Below are positions 1 through 13,479 of a DNA stretch of 64,000 nt, in pieces (positions within the stretch are counted from its first letter, which is position 1; every line of letters begins with the position of its first letter). The notes under the pieces are model-generated. The model was not told the DNA's origin. It ran no database searches and worked only from the letters and a program-made list of their open reading frames with translations. A program made the position numbers and the translations under genes. The stretch spans positions 19,386,859 to 19,450,858 of the forward strand of contig NC_068993.1 in NCBI RefSeq assembly GCF_001194135.2, read 5' to 3'. This DNA comes from Octopus bimaculoides. Lineage: Eukaryota.

Positions 1-656
1 GTATGAGCACGCATTTCTTGAAAAGGAGTTGGTCTCTTTGAACAGCACAGATCTTAGAAATATGAATATATTTCCATTCATCAAGTCTCATTTGAGCTGT
101 TCTGAAATTTTACGCCCCAAACTATAGCACAGAAATAATCAAGTAATTCATTAAAGCATGAAAGCAGATTTACTACATGATAATCAGAAAGAAATGAGTC
201 GACATGGTTATACGACAATGAAATCAGGAAATTGAGGGAATTGTATGATTAGCTAGTCAATAAAATAGGAACAGATTCCAGGTAGATCATGCAGGAAGCT
301 TGGATTCAAAAATTCATAGACAGGAATCTGTTTTGAGATATTTCCAATAACAGAGCAAGTTTTAGTGGTATTTGATATTATCCTTACATTGTATTTGAAA
401 ACGGTTATATTAAATATTCTTAAATTAAATGGCGTTAATTTGTGTGATATTGCTGAGTCAATCAATAACTGCACTAGGATAATTATGTTATATTTTTATT
501 TAAACTTAAATTATATTAAATTTAAAAAGAATATACAACATTTTCTTTCTTGTTACATACAGCATGAGTCCTGAAAGGCTAAATAGATAAAAAAATTTTT
601 TTAGCAGGGTTATGACCTAGTCTTAAATTTGATGACTCTCCTATTCACCATTTCTT

Positions 657-659
<3 letters not shown>

Positions 660-709
<50 letters not shown>
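660..709. repeat. (CT)n microsatellite
   Basis: Pure CT dinucleotide run. Confidence 0.97.
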
Positions 710-712
<3 letters not shown>

Positions 713-2029
713 ACGCGCGAACACACCCGCGCGTTTGGGCATTTAAGTAATTAATAAAAATGAGACTTTTACAACCGATTCCTACTGAGGTCACTGATAC
801 AACAACGCTTAGATTTCAGATTTTGGTACGTATCCCATATTAAAAGGAATATCCCATTTAATATGGCAAGATGTATATGTTTAATAGTTACGGGCAGAAG
901 CAGAACTTTCAGAAACAAAAATATTCAAAACACTTAGGAAATCATGCTATAACAAAGGCGAAAGAGATAATCTGTAGATTATCTGTACAGATGATATGCA
1001 TCTTATAGAGAAGCCATTACAGTGAACAGGAAGAGAAAAGCAGTCCGTATATAAGCATTTTTCTTTTTTTAGGAGTAACAGCCCATAACGTCTTACATTC
1101 GGTCAAATTATATTTTCAAATTGCACCAATTTTACTCCAATCATTAAACCGCAGAAAAATAATTAAAGAATCGCAAATTAACAGCCGAAGACACTCACTG
1201 AATATTAAAAGACTCTTAAACGAACGCGAAATTCACATCAGAAGATTAAATATGCAGATAAAAAAAAAATGCGGAAATCTTCGTTGTGAGATGTGTAAAT
1301 TAACTGAATAGAGTAAAACCAAAAGAGAAAATTAAGGTTAAAGAAAATATGAATTGAGAAGCGAAAAGTCTCATTTACTACATCACATACCCACAATGCA
1401 AAGGCAATTAAATCAGGCAAATGGGATCAAAATTAATACATCAGGTTAAGATACATGTGCAACAATACAGAGATTTATCTCTTAGTAATGTTCCATGTAG
1501 TGAAAATCCGAACATTTGTGCTAACGGAAAATTCAAAGTATTACATTTTTCAAAACAAAAGCAGAAAATGGTCAGCTACGAAAGGCAAGGGAGAAATACT
1601 AAGTCTGGGATTCTAAATCTAAATACGGATCGAAACCAGATATGTTCAACATTGCTCTTCCACACCCGCCACCACACAGAAAGAAAGAACTACCTCTAAA
1701 CGGATTACCGCATAACGTGTTTTTAGCACTTAACACAAAATATTCCGAAAGGTTTGTGTCATTCTAGTTTTTAAGATTTTTATAAAATATAACAATGAGT
1801 AACATCTATTTTTTGTTCTTTGTCTTTGGCCAGTAAGTATTGATTCCTATTTGCTTCTATCTAGAAATCAAATGAAATGGCAACTATTCTGTAACATGGA
1901 TATTCAATGTTTTGAAATTGATCTATTTTCCATTACTTTACCCCAACACACACATACACACACATTACAGTACCCCAACACACACATACACACACAAGAA
2001 TACGTACGCGGAAACATCTCCATACGTGC

Positions 2030-2180
2030 ATACGTACCTACCTGCCTAACTAGCTAGCTAGCTACCTACCTACCTAGCTAGCTAGCTAGCTACCTACCTA
2101 CCTACCTACCTACCTATCTACCTACCTACCTACATACATACATACATACATGCATACATACATACATACATACATACAAG
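2030..2180. repeat. Compound tetranucleotide microsatellite (CCTA)/(GCTA)/(CATA)
   Basis: Adjacent 4-nt period units that change motif. Confidence 0.93.
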
Positions 2181-2496
2181 TATGCATGTCGGTCAAGATG
2201 TGGTCATAGATGGTGGCGAAAGGACTCTGACAGAGAAACCTAACAGGCGATTCATTGTTCGATCAACACATGAAAGAAAGTATTCGATAGTCAGTAAAAT
2301 AGAGAAATGATACTGAACCAGTGCGTGTATTTATTAAAATTTTTATTTGCATGATGACCCTCTTTCGACGCAACATAATTTATATCTTTTAATTAAATTA
2401 AATGTTGTGATCCTAATTTTTCTAAAACCTTTTTTAAATACTTACCCACAAACAGGCATAGAAATATACACGCCTGCATACATACATACATACATA

Positions 2497-2541
<45 letters not shown>

Positions 2542-2542
<1 letters not shown>

Positions 2543-2907
2543 CAGGAGTGGCTGTGTGGTAAGAAGGTTGATTCCCAACCACATGGTTCCGGGTTCAGTC
2601 CCACTGTGTGACACCTTGGGAAAGTGTCTTCTATTATAGCCTTGTGAGTGGACTCAGTAGATGGAANNNNNNNNNNGTGTGTGTGTGTGTATGTGTGTGT
2701 GTATCTGTGTACTTGCTTGTTCTCCCATCATCAATTGAAAACCGATGTTGGTGTGTTTACGTCCCCGTAACTTAGCGGTTCAGTAAAATGGACCGATAGA
2801 ATAAGTACTAGGCTTACTAAGAATAAGTCCCGGGGTCGATTTGTTCGACTAAAGGCAGTGCTCCAGCAGAAGTATGATCATGTTGGTTCTTGAAGTGTGT
2901 CGTGTCA
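2542..2907 (+). mobile_element. tRNA-type SINE family A, variant 3' end
   Basis: Head ggagtggctgtgtggtaag...ggttccgggttcagtcccact with A/B-box-like motifs, an internal TG tract, and the 3' module gtccccgtaacttagcggttc...ggggtcgatttgttcgactaaaggc. Homologous to about 10 other copies in the window. Confidence 0.88.
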
Positions 2908-3332
2908 GAAGTCGACAAATTGTAGCGAAGAGTGGAACAGTAGGGTGAAAAGGAGGCCATTTTGAAGAAGCATCGCCAAACAGTGGTATGTACATGTGAA
3001 ACAGCCATTGGGAATGCCAGTGTGTATGTGTGCGCAAATATATATGTGTTAAGTGTGTGTGCGTTTGTGTGTGCATTTACCAAACTCACAAAATGATAGT
3101 TAAATGGAAATATGAGCGTGTGTGAGTATGTGTGTATGATGTGTGTATGAAGGTGTGCATGGAGCAGCTGTGAGTGTGCGAGTGTGTAAGTATAGATGTG
3201 GATGGAGGACAGGTGAGGTGCGGCGAGTATTACTGAGAGTAGGACTGCATGAAGGAGGGAAAGGTGGGAATCGAGAGAGGTTACAGAGGTGGAGTACAAG
3301 AGAAAACATTGAGGCTATATATATGCGAACAA

Positions 3333-3390
<58 letters not shown>

Positions 3391-3880
3391 NNNNNNNNNN
3401 NNNNNNNNNNNNNNNNNNNNNNNNNNNNNNNNNNNNNNNNNNNNNNNNNNNNNNNNNNNNNNNNNNNNNNNNNNNNNNNNNNNNNNNNNNNNNNNNNNNN
3501 NNNNNNNNNNNNNNNNNNNNNNNNNNNNNNNNNNNNNNNNNNNNNNNNNNNNNNNNNNNNNNNNNNNNNNNNNNNNNNNNNNNNNNNNNNNNNNNNNNNN
3601 NNNNNNNNNNNNNNNNNNNNNNNNNNNNNNNNNNNNNNNNNNNNNNNNNNNNNNNNNNNNNNNNNNNNNNNNNNNNNNNNNNNNNNNNNNNNNNNNNNNN
3701 NNNNNNNNNNNNNNNNNNNNNNNNNNNNNNNNNNNNNNNNNNNNNNNNNNNNNNNNNNNNNNNNNNNNNNNNNNNNNNNNNNNNNNNNNNNNNNNNNNNN
3801 NNNNNNNNNNNNNNNNNNNNNNNNNNNNNNNNNNNNNNNNNNNNNNNNNNNNNNNNNNNNNNNNNNNNNNNNNNNNNNNN

Positions 3881-3917
<37 letters not shown>

Positions 3918-5438
3918 GAGAGAGAGAGAGGGGGGAGGAAGAGAGAGACGAATATATTCGTAGATGTAAATATAGTTGAGTACCCAAGGCAGTGTGTATA
4001 TATTTATGCCCTACTCCTACGCGCGCGCGCTTTAAATCAGTAGGAATTGGAAGAGAGATCCAAAGTACTTAATAGTAGAATTTACAAGTAGTTTAGAGAT
4101 AGAAATGAACTTTTCTCTCGGTAGTATATCTTATTGCTTAAGCAGACGGAATGAATCAAAGGCATAACTTTGGCAGGTGTGTTGAAGACTGCTGTGATTG
4201 ATATGATTCATGTGAGTTGACACCTGAAGGGAAAATGTAGATCTGAATGGGTTTCAGAGAATTGGTACTGAGTTGATGAATGGTTTCGCAATATTAGTTT
4301 TTCGGAGGAGCACCTGCCAAGTGCACTTCATTTGAGCAGAAAACTTGTGTTGAAACTAAAATGATTTATTGGTAAAATTATGTTAAAATTTTCGTCGCGC
4401 GAACAGCAACCTCGTCACTGACACTGTAGTATATCTTTGTCACTGACCAAGTCGCACTTCGCACAACGAAAAGTTGGACTTTATATAATAAACAATACGT
4501 GTTTTTGTAAAGTTAAGAGGTTTAGCGGGTTTTATGACTGGCTAAGATGTATATTGCACGTTGCAATCTTAGTTCTAGATTTAGCAGCGCCTTGAAAATA
4601 TAGCATATTACTCAACCAGAGAGGACAGTGTTTGGTTAGTGAGATTGTGACAATAATCCAGATGGTCGTCTTTTTAAGGAGTTCGTTTTTATTTGTGTGT
4701 ATTGTATCACCACCGTCTCCAGTGTGAGAACGACGGACCATAGTCTTTTTTCCTTTGTCCAGAACTACTTAAGATTTACTGCCTATCCAGACTCACAATG
4801 AAAATCATCAGCAGATTGGAGTGTTTACTGACAGTCACACAAAAGCAAAGCAATCTTTATGTCATTGTAATGGTGCCGTCAGTTAATATCTCTGTGTATT
4901 GTATGTCCTAGCATATGCATAGCGTTTTAAGCGTCTCAATTGTGTTTTAATTTGGCTTCGACCAAAGATAGTGATATACAAGTTGGTTTACATGATATGT
5001 ATTGTGAGTGTATGTGTAGTTTGTACTCGTACTGCTGGGAGAATAAAACAAACATGTAGTCGAAAAAGATACAAATTAAAAGATTTAATTGACTTTGAAA
5101 TCTCGGTCATTTATTTCAAGAAACTATCTTTTCTGTTAGTTTTTTATTTATTTATTATTATTTATTTCTTTATATTGGTTTTGTCGATTTAAGGAACATG
5201 TTGTGGCAGGGAGAGAGGATTTCAAAATCAAATGATGCCAACACACTCACCCTAAAAAGCTAATATAAAACCGCATAAAAGAATGTAATTTCTAGTTCAT
5301 CTGCTTTCTGTTCACTCAGTTTTCACTTAATGTAGTTTCCTTCAAATCTCTATAGTCGTAATTAGACCTAGCGGAAATTGTCTCTCTTCGTACTTTTTCG
5401 TTTTAATTGATTCATTTTCGTTACTTTCATCCTCAACG

Positions 5439-5515
<77 letters not shown>

Positions 5516-5569
5516 ACATTATATTTCGACTTTTGCAAATAACATTTCGACACTGTTACTCCCCAATTA

Positions 5570-6060
5570 ATATTTTTGGCACCACCACCATTACCAACGC
5601 CACCACCCCCAAAACACCACCCACCCGAATTACCCCAAAACACTGCCACCCGATACGCTTTCACCAGCAGCAACACTGACTACACCTCACCCATGACCAT
5701 TCCGATCACAACCACTCGCACTATCAACACCGTAACCAGCAACACACACCACCATCATGACGAACAATGTCATGTATATCCTAATTATCCCCGCCACCAC
5801 CAGCATAGCCTGTGACTAACAGTAAAACTGTTACCACCACCATAATCACAGCCTCCAGCATTATTACTTTATTATTGTATTTCGATTTCTATCACCACCA
5901 TAACAATTGTTGGAACTATCATAAACCTCGCCATTAGCGAGGTAAACCAAATTCTATCACCATAACCATTAAGTCTACAGAGTAACGCTGTTGGTCGCCA
6001 CAGATGCTGCCACCAACACCGTCTTCTATCCATTATCACTGCCAACAAAACATGTAGCGA
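5570..6060. repeat. Degenerate 3-nt-periodic low-complexity tract (CAC/CAT/CAG-like)
   Basis: Persistent triplet periodicity without a pure repeat unit. Confidence 0.75.
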
Positions 6061-6596
6061 ATGGATCACGTGATGACCTCATATCAAGTCGACAGACGTC
6101 GAGGGATTTATAAATTCTAATCAGGAATATGGATTTAAAAGATCTATAACGGGTCTATTGACTGTGATTCAATCAATGTAGGATCTGGGAATTTCATTCT
6201 CTTCTCTTCATTGTTACATTGTTAGATATGATTAAAACACATTGGGAATGTTAAGTTACAACAAAATAATAATAACGATAATTTCAAAAGAAAATATAGA
6301 ATTCTAAATCTAAATAATTTCTATGGCTGTACAAATGAGAAGGAACTAATCTTAATTCACTGTCTTTTAAAGAAGCGTTCATGGTGAAACTTGTTGAAAT
6401 GGATTGCAAACTCTCAGAAGAGAAAACTGTTTTCCCCGGACAACAATTGTAGAAAGAAACACATTTTTTTCTCATCACGAAATTATAAATATAAATAAAA
6501 TAACATAAGACTCTCCAGTGACGATGAAATAAACACAAACAAATGGAAATGATGTTTAAAATAATGGAATCTCTAAATCGGATATACATACATGTA

Positions 6597-6668
<72 letters not shown>

Positions 6669-9600
6669 TACACAAAGTTGTTTGCTTAGCTTCAGGAAAT
6701 CTAAAAGAAAACTGTCAATTACAGGTATATATATGTATATTCAATTGGGATATTTAATAAACTTATTGGACAACACAATATCTATTTTAATATCCAAAAA
6801 TAAACAAAATAGTCAGTTCCGGAAGAAAGTTACTGAAATAGCTACATATAACCCATAGAGGCAGACAGATTAGTTCTGGTGATCGGTCAACTTCATTGTA
6901 GGTTGTTGTTAGAATATATTGTATTAGAATACTGCAAACGAGGCGGTTATGAAGCTAGCTGTCACGGTGATTTGAACCTCACTGCTTTCAAATACTTAGC
7001 GGTGCGATCTAGCGATCGGTAGAGGGAGCACTAGCAATATAATTACTATTTATCTTCTCGGCTTGTAAGGTACTAATGAAATCTTCTTGGAGATTATTCT
7101 GGATGTATAAGGGGTCCTTTCTGATAAAACTTTTCCAAGAAAATCTGTCTAAAATCAGTAGTCACGTTTTTGTGTTCAAAATCACGACTCTTGCTCCCAC
7201 CCTCTCCCTTTTCCTCTCTCGCTCGCTCTCTATGTCCAGGTGGACTGAAAGCTCATCACATTGTTGGAAAAAATGTCTTATGATAGCTATTAAACTTTTT
7301 ACATTAGTTCAAATCTACCCACATCAAAATACTGGTGGCAGTGGGATGTAGGAGAACATTATGTAATTTCTAAGTTTTTTCTTTGATTCTCTTTTTTATA
7401 CTTACATACATACATACATAGGTACATATGTATATATATACATAAATATATATACCTACGTATATGTGCATGTGTGTATATTCGTATATCTACATATACG
7501 CACATAAGATAGTAAATTGCATCTCAGACAGTTGAGTATTATAATCTAACCTGCCGATAATAATCGATAAATTACTTGTCTTTGACAAATATAATCTTTA
7601 TATAATTGAAATGAAATATGAATATAGATTTACCTCTGTCTGTAGCTCTTTATTAACTGAGACTACGCCAAAGACTACAGCAACAATGTTATTAAGACCA
7701 AGTCTATTGAAACCAGTAGCTAGAAGGGAAATTATAAGCAGGTACAAATATCGGCTTTCCTCCTATTCTCAATAAAATAAGTTTCAAAAGGAATCACATT
7801 GTTTAAAGCAGTAAAGATATCTTACTGAAGTATGTACTTACTATCAAAAGTGAGTTTGAAAGCTGTCAAAGGCAAACGCCATTGTTATACTACAACAGAA
7901 CAAGGTTTGACACTGCACGATACGCCGAGGCTAGACTTACTCAAGCAGGCACCGTTTTACTGCTGCAGCAGCAGTAGCAGCAACAACAATAATAATAATA
8001 ATTTAAATAATAATAATAATATTAACTAAAATACCAACAATAACTACAACATTCAGCAACATGTTTTGGTCAAGATGGTAGGAAATTATAATTGATGAAA
8101 TATGTGCGTAGACATAAAATGCCATTCGGTTTATAACTAATTGACTGACTGTAAGTCCACCCAGTTGGATTTTTTTTTCACAAACTTCAGATAAAGTAGT
8201 GGCTTTGTTAATTAGCTGGACAGTTTGTACAACTTTTGTCGACAGTATCACTAATTGTCAGAGACATGAGTGTATTAATAATACATCTGCTGGCTGATAT
8301 ATGTTTCTATCCTATTTAGAACTAGTTTCACTACTCAAAAAAATCATCCGATTTTCATCTACAAACTCTCCTGCACTCTAAAATCCCTGACTGTCATTAA
8401 CTACCCAATTATTGTCATCCCTTAAGATTTGATTTGATATTTGATGAGATTAAAAGCTTTTGGTTACTCCGATTCACTCAAATACTTGTAGGACTTGAAT
8501 CTCTGATGATATTTCATGATTCACACATATCTAAACAATCATTTAAAAGGTCACCCAAAGGTTATACTCGATGTCCAGAAAATGCATTATCTTTACGATA
8601 AAGTGCATTTGCTATTCTTAAGTGAACTCGGATTAACTATTTGGCATTGTGCAGCTCTTCACACACATATACACAAGTATTCTAGAACTCACTCCTTTAG
8701 AAATGTCTCATACTGCTCATTGGCAAAGGTTTGGTCACTAATACTTTACCGAGACTGGCTCATAAATCTGCCGTTACTTATCGCTTTACCTTTTGCCAAG
8801 GCAACTTGGCATCTGTTGCTTCGTAGAATTTCTAATATTTCAAAGGGAAAACGGGGTTTATACGCTTTAGAATATTATTGACATATATACTTACGTTTCT
8901 TTATATTCTGCTCACAGGTTTCAGTGGAATAGAGTTTTGCATTTCATTATTTCAGAATTAATTAAAATACGTGCCAGCTACACGCCTCACATCAACATAA
9001 GCGTCTTCATGTCAGTACTGGAAATCAGTATTTCAAAACTGTTTGCAATTTGCATATACACTATTCTCCAAATACTTTCGTCGTGTCATTTCACCGGATT
9101 GAAAGTTTAACTGATAACCTCATCACGACCAATGAACAATAGCTGACAACGATAAGAGCAGTTGCACGCATTAGTTGCACAGCTAAAATCAGCCACGACA
9201 AACAAGAAATTCTGGAGAGAAGCCGTCAATCAAGCATCAATCATAGCTGTAGTTAGCAAGACAAAATAGCTTTCGTCTTTCGTGTACTTTTACACTAATT
9301 GGGAAGGAGTTATTTTTATAATTAAACTTTATAAAATTTGATCGATATTTTGTCTGAGTATCACGCTAGGAGACGGTTGTAATAAAAATGTTTATAAGAC
9401 AGGATAATTATATATTTAGACTTCAGATATCTAGTAAACCGACTTTGTTAATAGCAACAGTTATATAACTACATTAATGCAAATTGCTTGCGTCGTATAT
9501 ATTTAAAACTCGAATATAGAACAAAACAATAAGTGGCTTAGTTATATATGTGTGTGTAAAAATGCGTTCATACATATACTGTATTTATTTAATCTGAATA

Positions 9601-11093
9601 TAGTCGTTCCAAACAAACTATTTATAATAAAGAAAGTAATATATGAATAAATGCTAAAAATGACAGAAAAATGCTTTTTAGTAACAAAACATAAGGGGGA
9701 ACACACAAGTGCTACACTACGTAACGCAATTTGAAATTCTAATATATTCAATATAATTCTGCTCGATAAAAGCAGTGTTTAGCCATCTTGCATTCATGAA
9801 TGCAAATGCATGTAAACATGTGACACTGATTGATACTTACATTTAAAAGAGGTTCATCAAGCAAGTTTGTTTTAAGTGTATTTTTCAAACAATTGTACCT
9901 GATATAGGATATAATCTTATACAGGTTAATGAAGTTCTGAACGCGTTTCATATAAACGGGCGACGAGAGAAAATATATCTGCGTTATCCAGCGAAACTAT
10001 ACTGAAAATAAATGAACCTGCATGGTCTGCGTTTTCTTTTAACTGAAATCTGAAATTTTATCGAAGGGCAGACACATTCCAGCGAGTTTCATGATACTGA
10101 TATCATTTATATGACAACATAAATGTCATATAGATGTAAAATGTACGTTTGAAAATACAGAGCCCAATAAATAAAGTCTTAGAAAGTAAAAGATAAATTA
10201 TGCCGATATCGAACTGAGTTGAGACAGAGTTTGTTATATTACTATAGAATCCTTTATAAAGTGAGCTACAAGTATGCCTTAAATATGAAAGATGCAATAC
10301 TGTAGACAACTAAATGATCAAAGATCAAATACGGATTAAAAACCAACTCATGCACAATCGAACACTCATAATATGCAACAATAAAAATATATAAACGTGA
10401 TGATATATAAAAGAGAAGCGAACTGTACTAAACCAAATATTTCTAGAGAACACATATGATATATCGATGAATTTATCTGAATTTTGACGGAAGCCGTCTA
10501 GCTTAGCCGTGTGGTATTTCATGGAGCTGCACCTAGTTTGATATCTTAGAATCATTGTGCATGATCGGTAATCATTCAAAATTCCTTCAATTTCATAAGT
10601 CAGAGTCTTTGACAAATATTGCCACACTTATGCCATCTATCGGTTGATTCATATACTAAATTTATCTTACAATTTATACTAACGAAGGTATCAGTTCATA
10701 CATAAATGAACATCAATACGCGCGCACACACACCGATACATATATACTTATATAAGTATATGTATATATGTGTGTGTGTGTATATATGAGGACGTGTGTG
10801 TGTATCTGTAAAATTTTTGTTTTTTGATCGTTTCAAAATAGTGTGGTTTACCTGCAAAAGCAAACATTACTATGAATATTTATCTAAATCCGTCTAATTG
10901 AGGCATTTATTTACCGAGACTAGTCTACCAATAATTATAAATTTCTTGGAACTATAAGTAGTGTATATTTGAAACAAATAACGGAAATAATTATTCTCCA
11001 GTATACTCATAAAACTTCAGAATAATTAACTGCTTTACTCTAAAACAAAAACTGAAGAAATGTGGAATTCGCTGTATCGATTAGTGTGTTCCA

Positions 11094-11124
<31 letters not shown>

Positions 11125-11909
11125 ACATATGTGCTTCTATATATACATGAATATTTACGTACACAAACATATACTTGCATATGTATATATATATATATAN
11201 NNNNNNNNNNNNNNNNNNNNNNNNNNNNNNNNNNNNNNNNNNNNNNNNNNNNNNNNNNNNNNNNNNNNNNNNNNNNNNNNNNNNNNATATATATTATTTA
11301 AAAGAGTTCCAACTCTCTCTGTTTTTTATGTTTTATATATATTCTTATAAAATTAATGTGGGATATAGAATATGGAATATATGATATAAGAGTAAAATGA
11401 AATGACGTATTGAATGTCTTATTGGATATATGAAATATTGAGTATTAAATATATATAGGGGCTAGTATACTTTCCTGCTTTATAGCAGTCATCAAGGTCC
11501 CTGCGGTGTACTGCCATCGTATTGCCTTATGGTCGTTTTAGCTCAATGTGAACCCTATGCTATAGTACCTAGCCAGTTCTGGCCTCCTACGTGTTTGAAG
11601 TGCCTAAATTTCAATAAATGTTGCAACGTTGATTTTTGCAGTCTAAATCTTAATTAATCTACTTACAAGATAAATCTCTTACAAGATAAATCCAACTAAA
11701 AGGCGTCACAAAAATTTAAAAACCATTATAAATAGTTCTAAACTAGATGAAAACTCTACTGTGAGCTAATCAGGCTAAAAGGCAAACAAAGATTCGACAT
11801 TTAATATAAAATAGTGAAATGATGGTTTTTCGCTGTTTGCTCTGAGTTTCTCTTTCTCTGTCTACCGATCCATTATATATATCTTGATATGTTAGTATTA
11901 CTGTTTTTT

Positions 11910-12060
11910 AGGGGTTGAAATGGCAGAATCATTAGCATATCGGACAAAATGCTTAGCAACATTTAGTCCGTCTATACGTTTGAGGTCGGGTCAATGTAGT
12001 CGACTGCCTCCTCCCCCAAAATTTCAGGCACTGTGTCTATAGTAGAAAGGATTATTATTA
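11910..12060 (+). mobile_element. SINE family B, decayed and internally deleted
   Basis: tggcagaatcattagc...aaatgcttagc head and cccccaaaatttcagg...tagtagaaaggattattatt tail. Confidence 0.75.
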
Positions 12061-12135
12061 CTATATTTCGGGATGGTCGTCTTTTTTTCTGTTTTTGCCA
12101 TATACACACAAGCACTATATATTCATTCTTCAATT

Positions 12136-12372
12136 CAGATTTATTTTAATATTGTTTTTCTTTTATGTCCTATGACAGGAAACCTTTTGTCACACATCCT
12201 GTGTCTTCTTCAGCGACTCTTTATCCCACATTTCTCCTCTTGTCCTTTTTTAGTACATTTTGTCTTTCTATGGTATGCACACGTGAGATGGAGAGTCGCT
12301 GAAAAGGTCACAGGTTGTGCGGCGAAAAATTTCCAGACAGAGAACATAAAAGAACAATAATAAAATAAATCT
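12136..12372. mobile_element. Inverted-repeat (foldback) element carrying two divergent hammerhead-like motifs; probable Penelope-like derivative
   Basis: 12136-12224 is the imperfect reverse complement of 12288-12372. Each arm reads gagagtcg-CTGA(A/T)GA-x-GTCACA-ggatg-TGTGAC-GAAA in consensus. A homologous repeat lies at 36833-36964. Confidence 0.7.
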
Positions 12373-13039
12373 AAAGCGAAGAAGGAATATATAGTGCGTG
12401 TGTTTATTTGGTGAAGAAGAAAAAAAATTACCATCCCCAAATATAACAATATCTGGCAAAACAAACGCATAAACATAATTATTATTACTATTTTTTTGAA
12501 CCGGGAATTATGAATTTGCTCTGTCAGTTTGTTGTATTTATTAATAACATTCTTTTTACCATCATTTTAATTTTCCGTGAGTTCCGACTGGTTTCGGGAC
12601 TTAACGCCTGTGAAGTATGTTAGTTGTTTTCTTGTTTGGATTCCTGTAGTGTAACAAATTGACTGCTTTGATTCAGTGAAGTTTCTTTCTTGAAAATAAA
12701 ATTAACATGGCATAACTTGTTAACATTGCTATTTAAATAATTTAATTGCTCCATTAGTGAACTCAGTTTTGTTGAAGAAAAATTCGGTGTCGATGAGTGC
12801 TAGTCGTTTAGTTATTTGAATCCCTGAAAGGAAACACTGTTTTTCATTCTTTGATGTTTTTCTTTTGAAAAAAATATTTAAATTAATATTACGTCGCTTA
12901 GGGTGAATGAACACAAAGAGAAAAAAAGAGAGAAATAATTGCAAAGAGAAGACAGGATGTCTTTTGTTTTCCTCAAATGATTTCTGAAATAAGATGTGAT
13001 TTTTGCGTAATTGTAGGCGCGGCAGTTTAACGACTGTCA

Positions 13040-13400
13040 CCATCGACAATGCAGCCAAAATCACGGCAATCAATAACAATGCTAGCGTTGTTGACGGTGC
13101 AAGGAGGAACAGTGACACAATGTTTTCTGTTACCAAAATCAGAAGCGCCTTCAAACAGGTGCGGCCGGCAAAAAAACACTACCACTGCCACAGCTATTAT
13201 AGCCGTAGTTACCAGAAGTGGTGGGAGCAATACGCCAGTTACAGTAGCAGCAACAGTAACAGCAGTAGTAGCAGCAGCAGAAGTAGCACTACCAAAGCTA
13301 ACAACAACCATCACCCCTCAACAACCATTCCAAACAATACCACCGCCAACCTCAGTTATCATAAACATAACCGAATTCCTCCCTCTGAAAGAATCATTTC
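13040..13400. repeat. Degenerate 3-nt-periodic tract (NCA/NTA)
   Basis: gca gca gta gca cta cca... pattern. This explains the Ser/Thr/Ala-rich pseudo-ORFs here. Confidence 0.75.
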
Positions 13401-13479
13401 TGTAAATAACCAAGAGATGAAAGGGACAGCCCAGTAATCGACCGTGTTGGTGGCCAGTGTCTGCTTTGGCATAAGTTTC

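Noticed and set aside
1-380. Partly open frames at the window start (YEHAFLEKELVSLNSTDLRNM...)
   Set aside because: No recognisable family, and the sequence is truncated by the window edge.
758-1376. 13-bp perfect inverted repeat (aaatgagactttt / aaaagtctcattt)
   Set aside because: It does not extend, has no TSD and is AT-rich; plausibly chance.
8130-8880. Non-repetitive stretch with faint hAT-transposase-like words (VALAKGKAISNGRFM)
   Set aside because: All frames are stop-ridden and the similarity is not convincing.
13003-13437. 144-aa Ser/Asn/Thr-rich ORF
   Set aside because: Explained by a degenerate triplet tract; overlapping frames on both strands are equally open.
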